The position numbers were made by a program, and so were the translations under genes. Of a DNA stretch of 64,000 nt, positions 27,349 to 35,461 are shown piece by piece; position 1 is the stretch's first letter; each line of letters begins with the position of its first letter. Under the pieces are notes generated by a model, which worked only from the letters and a program-made list of their open reading frames with translations, did no database searches and was not told the origin of the DNA. The stretch spans positions 41,069-105,068 of the forward strand of contig JAULTD010000001.1 of the NCBI GenBank assembly GCA_038801785.1, written 5' to 3'. The stretch is from Candidatus Methanomethylicaceae archaeon GD_Cm_T35_P0_bin.15. Lineage in GTDB: Archaea > Thermoproteota > Methanomethylicia > Methanomethylicales > Methanomethylicaceae.

Positions 27349-27741
27349 TTGATTCCTCTTATAATGGATGGGCACACAAGTGATGCAGGGACGGAGAGCA
27401 TGACGTTTTTGGACGTATTGGTCGACGGGGAGGTCGTCCTAGAGGCGATGCTCGTTGATCAGACCGAGGGTGAGGAGATCATTTACAAGGGCCCCAACCT
27501 GGCAAAACGGTACCAGAGTATCGCCTCGCACTTGGTCGAGCGCCTGCCCAGCATGAGCTACTGTGTCATGACCATGCCCACCAGGAAACACCTCATAATC
27601 CGGCTGACCGACGCGAAGTACCTGATGCTTGGCCTAGCCCCACAGGTAAAAGCAGAAGATTTTGTGGTCCAGATCAATAAAACCCTGAAAGAGTTGAGGG
27701 CCCTGACGGATAGAAAGACCGCGACCTTCGGCGATCGGTGA
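27349..27741 (+). CDS. Hypothetical protein, possibly Roadblock/LC7 (MglB-like) fold
   Basis: 130 aa. Alternating pattern EAMLVDQTEGEEI ... KHLIIRLTDAKYLMLGLAPQVKAEDFVVQINKTLKEL is reminiscent of Roadblock/LC7. Assignment is by eye only. Confidence 0.3.
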   Translation: MIPLIMDGHTSDAGTESMTFLDVLVDGEVVLEAMLVDQTEGEEIIYKGPNLAKRYQSIASHLVERLPSMSYCVMTMPTRKHLIIRLTDAKYLMLGLAPQVKAEDFVVQINKTLKELRALTDRKTATFGDR

Positions 27742-27891
27742 GGTCCAAGACGCCTGCAGGCAAAGGTTTGGCTGAGGCGCTACCACAGGCAGGCACCCAA
27801 TTCACGGGTGTAGCGGGACACGGCCTTGTAATCGCCGGCTAAAACCCTTTATAATCCGTCCTTCCTCATTTCACGCGGAAGTCCGATCCCA

Positions 27892-28506
27892 ATGCTCGAG
27901 CTCGCCTCGCTCTACATCCTCGGCTTCGCAGTCGGTCTCAGCGGGGCCATAATCCCGGGGCCGTTCACCGCATTCACCGTCTTCGATGCTGCCCGCAAGC
28001 GCCGGGTCACCGGCCCCCTCATAGTCGCGGGGCATGCCGTCTGGGAGTTCCTGATAATCCTGGCAATCCTCCTCGGTTTCGGCTGGCTCATATCCGGCGC
28101 CAAGCTGTACATCTATATCGCCGGCGGAGCCGTTCTCGTCCTTATGGGCATCAAAATGGCGCACAGCGATCCCTCGGTGGGGCAGATGCAGAGCGCCCGG
28201 ACAGACTCCTCGATCCTAGGCGGCATCTTCTACACCGCGATCAACCCGACCCAGCCCGTCTGGTGGGCAACCGCTGGCCTAGCACTGCTCCTGCAGGGCA
28301 TGGATGTCATGGGCCTAGCCGGCGTGGCGGTGGTGACCGCCGGCCACTGGTCCTCGGACTTTGCCTACTATACCCTCGTCTCATATATGGTAAAGAGCCA
28401 GGAGCGGTACATAAGCCGGCACCAGAGGACGATCACTCTGGTGCTCGGGGGATTCATAGCGGGTTTAGGGGCGTTCTTCATCATACAGGGCGTCGGTTGG
28501 CTTTAG
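27892..28506 (+). CDS. LysE/RhtB-family amino-acid exporter
   Basis: About 6 TM helices. N-terminal GFAVGLSGAIIPGPFTAF pattern is typical of LysE-type translocators. Confidence 0.75.
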   Translation: MLELASLYILGFAVGLSGAIIPGPFTAFTVFDAARKRRVTGPLIVAGHAVWEFLIILAILLGFGWLISGAKLYIYIAGGAVLVLMGIKMAHSDPSVGQMQSARTDSSILGGIFYTAINPTQPVWWATAGLALLLQGMDVMGLAGVAVVTAGHWSSDFAYYTLVSYMVKSQERYISRHQRTITLVLGGFIAGLGAFFIIQGVGWL

Positions 28507-28583
28507 AGCAGGGATCGGGCAGGAGGCGCCTCCCGTGAGGCGCTGAAAAAGGTATAACTTACTCCTCCCGCAGTTGTTTATGC

Positions 28584-29483
28584 ATGATCACGGTCAGGCA
28601 TCTGACTCCAGCGGACATCCCCGCGGTTGTAGGAATCATCAACGCGCGGTATGACGGCTCTTATGAGGAGGTCCCTTTCACCGCCGGGTCGTTCTCCGAG
28701 TACATCACGGACCGGAAGGCCACAGTCCTTGTGGCAGAGGACAACGGCAGGATCGCTGGCGCCATAGTCTATGTGGTCTGGCCTTGGGGGAACTGCATCG
28801 ACATGCTCGCCGCCGTCCAGACCGCCGAAAACCAGCGGATAGAGGACATCCTCGTGAGGGAGCTCGAGCGGTCCGCCAAGGCGGAGGACATCTACACCAA
28901 CGTGGAGGAGGGCAGCCCCCAGATCAGACGGTGGGAGATGAGGGGCTACTACCTGGAGGGTGGCGTATACCACCTGACGTCCCCCCTCTCCGGCCAGAGG
29001 GCGATCCCCCCGCTGGGGTGCGGAGCGACGATCCGCAGCCTCTGCAGGGGGGAGGAGGGCGCCCTCATAGACCTCATGAACAGATCATTCGGGTTCAAGC
29101 GGCTGGATATGGAGGAGGTTATGTCTTGGTACAAGGTTCCAGGCTTCAGCGAGGAGTGGATACAGGTCGCTGAACTGGACGGGCGCCTCATCTCCGCGAC
29201 GGTCTGCATGCTGGATCATGAATACTTCAGGCACTTCGGCAGGAGACGGGGATATCTGGGCCCGGCCGCCACGCTGCCGGAGTACAGGAAGGCGGGCCTG
29301 ACATCGGCGCTCACTATAAGAGCTATGAACTTCCTGGCCCGGCAGGGCATGGAGTCCGCCGCGATGTACATCATCGAGGGGAAAAGCGCGTCGCTGGGGC
29401 TGGCACTGAAGCTGGGATTCAGGGTCGCCAAGCACTGGGTGCACATGAACAAGGACCTGAGGGGATCGCGCCGGCCTCCATGA
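28584..29483 (+). CDS. GNAT-family N-acetyltransferase (tandem GNAT-like halves)
   Basis: MITVRHLTPADIPAVVGI and a second half with GPAATLPEYRKAGLTSALTIRAMNFLARQG (acetyl-CoA-binding Q/RxxGxG/A-like). Confidence 0.65.
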   Translation: MITVRHLTPADIPAVVGIINARYDGSYEEVPFTAGSFSEYITDRKATVLVAEDNGRIAGAIVYVVWPWGNCIDMLAAVQTAENQRIEDILVRELERSAKAEDIYTNVEEGSPQIRRWEMRGYYLEGGVYHLTSPLSGQRAIPPLGCGATIRSLCRGEEGALIDLMNRSFGFKRLDMEEVMSWYKVPGFSEEWIQVAELDGRLISATVCMLDHEYFRHFGRRRGYLGPAATLPEYRKAGLTSALTIRAMNFLARQGMESAAMYIIEGKSASLGLALKLGFRVAKHWVHMNKDLRGSRRPP

Positions 29484-29930
29484 AAGGTCGCTGCCGGCAT
29501 CCTCTGGCGGTTCCGGCGAGGGACTCCCTCGAGAGTATGGCGCAGTGGCAGGAGATCCGCTGTTACGGGGGGCAGCGGGTTCACCGTGAATCGCCGAAGG
29601 TTTTAGCGGCGCCGCCCGCGTTGGAGGGAGATGCCCGCGGAGATTTTTCGTCCCCCAAAAGCGGCAGGCCTGATGATGTTCAGGGAACGATATTGTACCG
29701 TTCCCGGTGTCTTCAGGCATCCTGTCACCCCACAGGGGACAGTCAGAACCCCTTTTCGGGAAAATAAGGTAATTGACCATTACATCAAAGGAGAGTTGAT
29801 CGAGATGTACGATGCAGTCCAGAATGTGCATGGCGCAGAAGAAGGGAGATATACGACTCGGATTACGCACAGGTCATCCACATGTCCTTGGGGGCAGGGC
29901 AGTAGCTCAAGAGGCATATCACGCCGGTAG

Positions 29931-30245
29931 ATGTCCGTCTATATCCTTGAGGGCAGGGGAGTCGTCGAGATCGGGGAGGAAACGGAGGAAGTGGAAAGAG
30001 ATGCTGTGATAGACAGCCCCACGGGCATACCGCACCTGCTCCGCAATACTGGTGACGGAGTATTCAGGTTCCTTGTGGTGAAGCTGCCCCGTCCAAATAA
30101 TTCCATTTCTACTCCCTCTTTGCTGTTCAACTGGATGAACGGAATAGGATCATCGGTGGCGGCCATATCTCGCTTTACACGACATAACGTGGAGACAACG
30201 CAATGGAATATTCAACGTTTGCCTGCCGCAAGGACGTTGAGCTGA
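29931..30245 (+). CDS. Cupin-domain fragment (C-terminal half only; probably a gene remnant)
   Basis: VYILEGRGVVEIGEE ... PTGIPHLLRN fits cupin motif 2 P-x-G-x2-H-x3-N. The expected motif 1 (HxH...E) is not in frame upstream; HPH/QEAYH-like pieces lie in another frame. Confidence 0.35.
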   Translation: MSVYILEGRGVVEIGEETEEVERDAVIDSPTGIPHLLRNTGDGVFRFLVVKLPRPNNSISTPSLLFNWMNGIGSSVAAISRFTRHNVETTQWNIQRLPAARTLS

Positions 30246-30565
30246 CAATCATTGCGGGGCAACGGTTTATTGCCACTCGGAGTGGTCCAAGCACCGACCG
30301 GGCAAGACCTACGGGCCGGGGCACAATACAGGTAGGATAAGTTCCTTTGCCGTGATAGGGGGCGAATAAAGGTTCTGATGGTGGGACCGTCGGGATTTGA
30401 ACCCGAGATCACAAGCGCCCCAGGGAAACTCTTGGAAAGAGTTTCATCAGAAACGGCAATTTTGATGATATCCTGGATGCTTGTACCGTACAGCCTAGCC
30501 TTCTCTTCCAGCCTCCGGTAATCGGCTTCTGACAAGGTGATAGTGCGGTAGCCTTTTCGGGGCAT
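30212..30565 (-). CDS. Ribbon-helix-helix (CopG-like) protein whose reading frame runs through the tRNA-fragment repeat (chimeric C-terminus)
   Basis: N-terminal MPRKGYRTITLSEADYRRLEEKARLYGTSIQDIIKIAV is RHH-like. Codons 48-66 are encoded by the 57-bp att-like repeat, and the rest by flanking DNA. Confidence 0.5.
   Translation of the reverse strand: MPRKGYRTITLSEADYRRLEEKARLYGTSIQDIIKIAVSDETLSKSFPGALVISGSNPDGPTIRTFIRPLSRQRNLSYLYCAPARRSCPVGAWTTPSGNKPLPRNDCQLNVLAAGKR
30368..30424 (-). repeat. Duplicated 3' half of tRNA-Pro (anticodon loop to CCA) plus 11 nt of downstream flank; att-like
   Basis: Exact 57/57 identity with 33142-33198. Confidence 0.95.
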
Positions 30566-30702
30566 AGCTGCTCATTCATTACATGGTCGAATGGATGGAA
30601 CAAGCTATCGGTAAGGATGTATTTTAGCCGTGATTGTTCAGCTCTCGGTCATTCTATGGTTGGAGGAACAGAAATCATCAGAAAAAAATAAAAAAAGGGT
30701 TG

Positions 30703-32028
30703 TTAACTCCTTGAGAAATGTGCTTTATACTGTGTAGTGTCGTCACCATCGTGCCAGTGGTAGAGAGTATCGCCTGTATTGACATTCACGCTTAACGTTG
30801 GGGGCGCCCCGCCAGTCTCACCTGCCGCCCTGTACAGAGCTATACCTGCACCAAAAGAAACGGTCTTATACAATAACGAGAACTCGAAACTAACTGAGTC
30901 AACCTTCCATTGGGTGTTGTCAGCAATATCCGTAGTGAATCCAATTGTAAACGGATTGCTACTCGTTCCTCTGTTCCAAGTTCCAGCGTAGATTGGATGG
31001 TTCGTATCGCAGGTGGCGCAACTGAAGCTGGATCCAAGATCCACATCGTTAAAGGTAAGGGGATACATGAAGTAGTAGTACTCCATTATGTATGGATTCC
31101 CAATATCCGGACCGAAAACCCACTCCTCGCATGCGTATTTGACGTAAACTCTCACATCGTATTGGTTATCACCGGTAGCTTGGGCGTAATCGCCTATGAT
31201 CGACCTCGTCGGGAGCTTACCGCAGCTTACCCAGCCTGTATCACCTATGAGCGTGGGCGGAGTGGCATAGATATTGTAGGTATATGTTCTATCGTAGCTT
31301 TGATGGTATAGAACTGTCCTGTCCGAGCCCGAAGCGACGGTCTTCCACTGAACCGTAAGACCTGCTATACTATGAACCTCACCGGCCTTCAGCCAACTGT
31401 ATTCATAGTCTATGGCTTCTGCGTCGGTCCCAGTGACTCCGTTTAGGTCAGGCACCTGAACGAGTGGCGCTTCGTCTGTCGCAGGGCACGTAGTCTCTAC
31501 CAGATTCACCTGAACGTTCAGAGCAGTATCTCTCTGTCCTGCATCGAATACGACCGCCACGCCGCCTGAAACGGTTCCCTTGCCGTTTGTCACGTGTATA
31601 TAGATGGAAGAGGACCGGTATGCAGCCAACTCATTACCAGCTTCTGAACTGCCTGCATCCACGGCCACTTTGTTAATCTCGAACTCAATTTGCCCCGGCA
31701 ACGTGGTATTGGTGATCAATACCCTCGTTGAAGGGGTCGTGGACAGGTCGTGTACCATAACGAAGAGTGGTCCACAGTATTCCTTGCCATTCAAACAGGG
31801 CGTTAAGTTTATTTTCACCGCGATTTTTCCGGCATAGGTTATGCTATCACTGGACAGAGTTATGTCGGCAGCATAGCTCGTGCCCGTTGTATAGCACATT
31901 GAAAAACACATAACAACGAGCGCGAGGTAAAATATCTTATTTTTTTTGCACCATAACTCGCCGCTGTTGGTAACAGCGATAATTTCACTCTCATTAAGAG
32001 GTATTTTAGTCTTGACTAGACTGTGCAT
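30703..32028 (-). CDS. Secreted or cell-surface beta-rich protein of unknown function (island cargo)
   Basis: Signal-peptide-like KKNKIFYLALVVMCFSMCYTTGTSYA/AD. Thr/Ser/Gly/Tyr-rich with several Cys. No recognisable domain. Confidence 0.6.
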   Translation of the reverse strand: MHSLVKTKIPLNESEIIAVTNSGELWCKKNKIFYLALVVMCFSMCYTTGTSYAADITLSSDSITYAGKIAVKINLTPCLNGKEYCGPLFVMVHDLSTTPSTRVLITNTTLPGQIEFEINKVAVDAGSSEAGNELAAYRSSSIYIHVTNGKGTVSGGVAVVFDAGQRDTALNVQVNLVETTCPATDEAPLVQVPDLNGVTGTDAEAIDYEYSWLKAGEVHSIAGLTVQWKTVASGSDRTVLYHQSYDRTYTYNIYATPPTLIGDTGWVSCGKLPTRSIIGDYAQATGDNQYDVRVYVKYACEEWVFGPDIGNPYIMEYYYFMYPLTFNDVDLGSSFSCATCDTNHPIYAGTWNRGTSSNPFTIGFTTDIADNTQWKVDSVSFEFSLLYKTVSFGAGIALYRAAGETGGAPPTLSVNVNTGDTLYHWHDGDDTTQYKAHFSRS

Positions 32029-32137
32029 TTAGTCCAGAATCGTAGATTAACGACCCTTACAGACGCCAATTTCCCCTATTTTCGACGCGTGAGTCTAGGA
32101 AATAGGAATTAAATATCAAAACACCTTATGTTAAAAC

Positions 32138-32998
32138 ATGCGCAATGATAGCGAAAGCGACACCGGATCGGACGCAATGAAAGGAGCGTTCTTTGACAGC
32201 CTCGGCCACCCTATGCGAATAAAGATCCTCGAATCGCTGAGTGCCTCACCGCTCAGCTTCTCAGGCCTGAAGAAAAAAGTTGGAATAGAGAGCAGCGGTC
32301 ACCTTACGTTCCACCTGGACAAGCTCAAGGGATTCATAAAGGCAAATACTGACGGCGACTATGAGCTTACAGACGACGGAAAGGAGGCGCTCCGGTTAGC
32401 ATCAATCTTCATCAATACCAATAAAGAACAGAAGCCCCAGAGAGCGGATAATGGTTGGAAGAAGTGTAACATTGTCTGGGCAGTAGCCCTTGTAGCAATA
32501 GTGGGGATCTCGTTCCTCTCGATCAACACGATCTACATGCACGCAATTTCACTCCAAGAGGACAGATTGGGAGATACTGGATTTGCAAACTTCAAAGCAA
32601 ATGTTTACCTTGCGCAATCACATGTAAGTACCGCTCGTGCGTTAATTTCGCATCAAGACTACGACTCAGCGAGAATGGAGCTGGTGCGGGCCGGAGTAAT
32701 ATTTGAACTCCTATCCGAGCAGAGCTGGGGCCTGCCCACCTTAGGAGGCAACTTCAGCGCGTTATATGATCAAGTGCCACATAAGATCTATCTGCTTAAA
32801 CCCTACCTTAGCAATATAGAGCAATCACTGACCAACGGCAGCGTGACCAGCAATCAGACTGCCTTCCTCAGGGAGCTAGACATATCATTACAATACCTGT
32901 TCGACAACTTGGTAGAGACCGAGCAGAAGAAAAGCGTTACTAACTTGGATATTATCGTGAGTAAATTCAGCACCCTTGTAAATATGACTTATCAGTGA
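32138..32998 (+). CDS. Membrane-anchored ArsR-type wHTH regulator with extracytoplasmic C-terminal domain (island cargo)
   Basis: FFDSLGHPMRIKILESLSASPLSFSGLKKKVGIESSGHLTFHLDKL (ArsR wHTH), then TM IVWAVALVAIVGISFLSI, then a 150-aa helical domain. Confidence 0.7.
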   Translation: MRNDSESDTGSDAMKGAFFDSLGHPMRIKILESLSASPLSFSGLKKKVGIESSGHLTFHLDKLKGFIKANTDGDYELTDDGKEALRLASIFINTNKEQKPQRADNGWKKCNIVWAVALVAIVGISFLSINTIYMHAISLQEDRLGDTGFANFKANVYLAQSHVSTARALISHQDYDSARMELVRAGVIFELLSEQSWGLPTLGGNFSALYDQVPHKIYLLKPYLSNIEQSLTNGSVTSNQTAFLRELDISLQYLFDNLVETEQKKSVTNLDIIVSKFSTLVNMTYQ

Positions 32999-33049
32999 TG
33001 CATGACAGGAGTTCTATTTTTAATTGCTTCTTTTGGTGATTACTCTTTT

Positions 33050-33083
33050 TGTACCGTACATTGTGGCCCCGCTGTACCGTACA
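33050..33083 (+). repeat. Two copies of the 11-mer TGTACCGTACA (third copy at 30482-30492)
   Basis: Copies at 33050-33060 and 33073-33083, in the same orientation as the copy at 30482-30492. Confidence 0.9.
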
Positions 33084-33152
33084 GATTTCGCGGTTGTGGT
33101 AAAACTACCCCTTTTTGGTGAAGCTTTTTGTCATCAGGCAAAAAGGTTCTGA

Positions 33153-33231
33153 TGGTGGGACCGTCGGGATTTGAACCCGAGATCACAAGCGCCCCAGGCT
33201 TGCATCCTGAACCAAGCTGGACGACGGCCCC
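33153..33231 (-). tRNA. tRNA-Pro (anticodon GGG), CCA encoded
   Basis: Manual cloverleaf: acceptor GGGGCCG/CGGUCCC, D stem GUCC/GGAU, anticodon stem CAAGC/GCUUG with loop CUGGGGC, variable loop UGAUC, T arm UCGGG-UUCAAAU-CCCGA, discriminator A plus CCA. Confidence 0.9.
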
Positions 33232-33350
33232 ATGCGTGTAAGTCTTTTTACAATTCTCGATACTTACATATAACGTCTTCTTCCGGCACTAAGGATCATC
33301 CCTCGGCTGGGGATGTTCTGCGACCCATAATGTGAGTTGCTTTCGAGCCG

Positions 33351-33740
33351 CTACCTAGATAAGCGGACTAGGCGCTCAAGCCACTCCGAGACTTCGGCCC
33401 GGATAACAAACCTCACATTCAGGCTTTTTGCGTCTTCTTCTATCTCATGTATCCATTCATTTATCTCTGGCAGATCCCTCGGGGTCAGATCCGAGAGATC
33501 GGTGTAGCTGCACCCCCTGTCCTCGTCCTCGGCCCTCACAAACACGTCCAAGATATAGGGCCTGCCACGTATATAGATCAACGCTTCGAGAAATGCTGCA
33601 GAGGTCCCTTCCGGATCTTCGGCGATCCCGATAGAGATTTTATTTGAACCTTGGAGACCGTCACAAACGGCCGGGATACGAGAGGGGGGCGGATCGCAGC
33701 CCCCCTTGGTGTTCGAGCGACCCGGCGGGAAGTGCGGCAT
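33351..33740 (-). CDS. Hypothetical protein, translationally close to the upstream KaiC-like gene
   Basis: 129-aa ORF starting 9 nt after the KaiC-like stop. Acidic C-terminal half. No motif recognised. Confidence 0.4.
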   Translation of the reverse strand: MPHFPPGRSNTKGGCDPPPSRIPAVCDGLQGSNKISIGIAEDPEGTSAAFLEALIYIRGRPYILDVFVRAEDEDRGCSYTDLSDLTPRDLPEINEWIHEIEEDAKSLNVRFVIRAEVSEWLERLVRLSR

Positions 33741-33749
33741 CAGAACGCC

Positions 33750-35144
33750 TCATTCCCTGCTCCGGGATCCCGCCCTCTGCCCGCCATAGAGGAGGGAGAT
33801 GCCATTCCCCGTTATCTTAAAGGGTACAGGCATATTCTCATGAACCGAACCCCTCATCTTGTATACCTGTATGGAACGGAGTACTTTTCTCTCTGCCTCC
33901 TGTCGGATCATCAGGAGGATATTGTCTGCCAGGGTGAGTACTTCCGGAAAGTCTTTCAGGTCATGCTGGGACGAGGTCACGAAGACGGCCAGCTCCCTAC
34001 ACTTGCATAAGAGTTGGATGTACCGCATGAACCTGAGGAAGTCATGGCCGCCGATAGCATTCTGGATCGCGGTTACGCTATCGATCGCGAGAACCGACGG
34101 AGAATACGTATCCAAGAGGTCCTTTATCGCCTTATAGTAACGGAGGGGGGTCATCGCCTCGGGTATGAAGGAGGCGATATGGAATTTATCGCCGACCTCT
34201 TCATGGCCCATCCGGTAGTTTCCCAAAACCCGCCGGATCTGGCTGGCTGGCTCCTCAAAGGATATGAAGAGCGCCCGCTCCTTCCGTCTGGCGAGGTTGA
34301 TGGAGATCTGGAGCGACAGAGTCGTCTTGCCGACGCCCTCCTCCCCGCTGAGGAGGGTTATCGAGTTCCTGTAAACGCCGCCGTTGAGCATGCTGTCGAG
34401 ACCCTCTATGCCCGTGGGAATCTTCTCGGAAGAGGCTATCCCGCCCTCGATGCTGGCCGGCAGGACTATAAGCCCGATGCCGCCGTAACGCCCATCTATA
34501 AGGTATTCGTAAGAAGACCGATGAAGTGGCATCCCGCGCATCTTTAGTATGTCCAAGGTCTTCCTCTCCGCTCCCCCTTCATTCGAGCGCGAGAGGGTGA
34601 TTATTCCGTCGGCTACGAACTCTTCCACCCCGTAGCCGATGCTCCTCACGCCGATCGGCATCTCGCCGATGAGTATGCAGGTGACGTCCAAGGTCTTCAT
34701 TAGCTTGTAGAGCACGGAGTGCAGGAAGACGCGCGCTTCCTCTTCCTTTAGGTTCTGGAGGATGACGCTGATCGAGTCGATCACGAGCCTCTTCGGGCGG
34801 AATTTTGTGACCTCGTCCAGTACAGCATCCAGCGCCTCTGTCATCCCTTCCCCCCGGACGGCGGTGAAATCGAGGAACTTGAATAGTCCTTCATCCTCTA
34901 TCGATTGGAGGTTCATCCCCAAGGTTCTCATGTTTCGGTAGTGTTCCGCCTTTCCTTCGGAGAATGAGACATACATCCCCCTCTCCTTGAACTGTAATGC
35001 GCCGTTGTGGAGATACTGCGTGGAGAGGACGGTCTTGCCAGTACCTGGATTCCCAGACAGCAGGATCAGGCTGTCCCGGAAGAAACCGCCGCCGAGTATC
35101 TCATCGAGTTCGGCTATACCCGTCGGAGTTTTTTCTTCGCTCAA
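33750..35144 (-). CDS. KaiC-like double RecA-domain ATPase
   Basis: Two repeats: GIAELDEILGGGFFRDSLILLSGNPGTGKT and GIEGLDSMLNGGVYRNSITLLSGEEGVGKT (two Walker A motifs), with Walker B-like LVIDSI and LAIDSV. Confidence 0.9.
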   Translation of the reverse strand: MSEEKTPTGIAELDEILGGGFFRDSLILLSGNPGTGKTVLSTQYLHNGALQFKERGMYVSFSEGKAEHYRNMRTLGMNLQSIEDEGLFKFLDFTAVRGEGMTEALDAVLDEVTKFRPKRLVIDSISVILQNLKEEEARVFLHSVLYKLMKTLDVTCILIGEMPIGVRSIGYGVEEFVADGIITLSRSNEGGAERKTLDILKMRGMPLHRSSYEYLIDGRYGGIGLIVLPASIEGGIASSEKIPTGIEGLDSMLNGGVYRNSITLLSGEEGVGKTTLSLQISINLARRKERALFISFEEPASQIRRVLGNYRMGHEEVGDKFHIASFIPEAMTPLRYYKAIKDLLDTYSPSVLAIDSVTAIQNAIGGHDFLRFMRYIQLLCKCRELAVFVTSSQHDLKDFPEVLTLADNILLMIRQEAERKVLRSIQVYKMRGSVHENMPVPFKITGNGISLLYGGQRAGSRSRE

Positions 35145-35461
35145 CTTTCGGTCCCTTCAATATTCAAAGCAGGATAAATTATCATAACGCATATTCCCTA
35201 AAAACAGTAACTGTCGCCGCGTTATGTATCCCGCCCCTCGTCCGCCCTGCGGCCCCTCCTCATCAGCAGGTCTGTGCATCGCCCCTGCAGTCTTCATTAC
35301 ATACCCTACTTCAGGTCATATTGCATGACCCGGCACTCGTGCCGTACTGAAGTGAGGGGGATCTACGGAAGCCCTTAGCAAGGTTTATTATGTACTTTTT
35401 TTCATTCTCATTTAGAGACTTGAATGGGAGTAGAGTCTATTACGTTAGAGTTGGAATATAG

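Larger units (their letters stand above)
30368..33198. mobile_element. Small (about 2.7-kb) tRNA-Pro-associated integrated element or remnant; no integrase present
   Basis: Bounded by exact 57-bp direct repeats derived from the tRNA 3' half. The interior is visibly lower in G+C (about 42 percent in a sampled 60-nt line, versus mostly G+C-rich flanks). Confidence 0.55.

Noticed and set aside
29085-29870. 261-aa minus-strand ORF spanning the GNAT 3' end and the decay zone
   Set aside because: The composition is Arg/Pro/His-rich and random-looking, it overlaps a supported gene, and it has no motifs.
29928-29930. In-frame TAG between ORFs 29631-29930 and 29931-30245; considered as possible pyrrolysine read-through
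   Set aside because: The upstream ORF has no protein-like features. The region looks like a decayed cupin with frameshifts, and no Pyl-related genes or methylamine methyltransferases are nearby.
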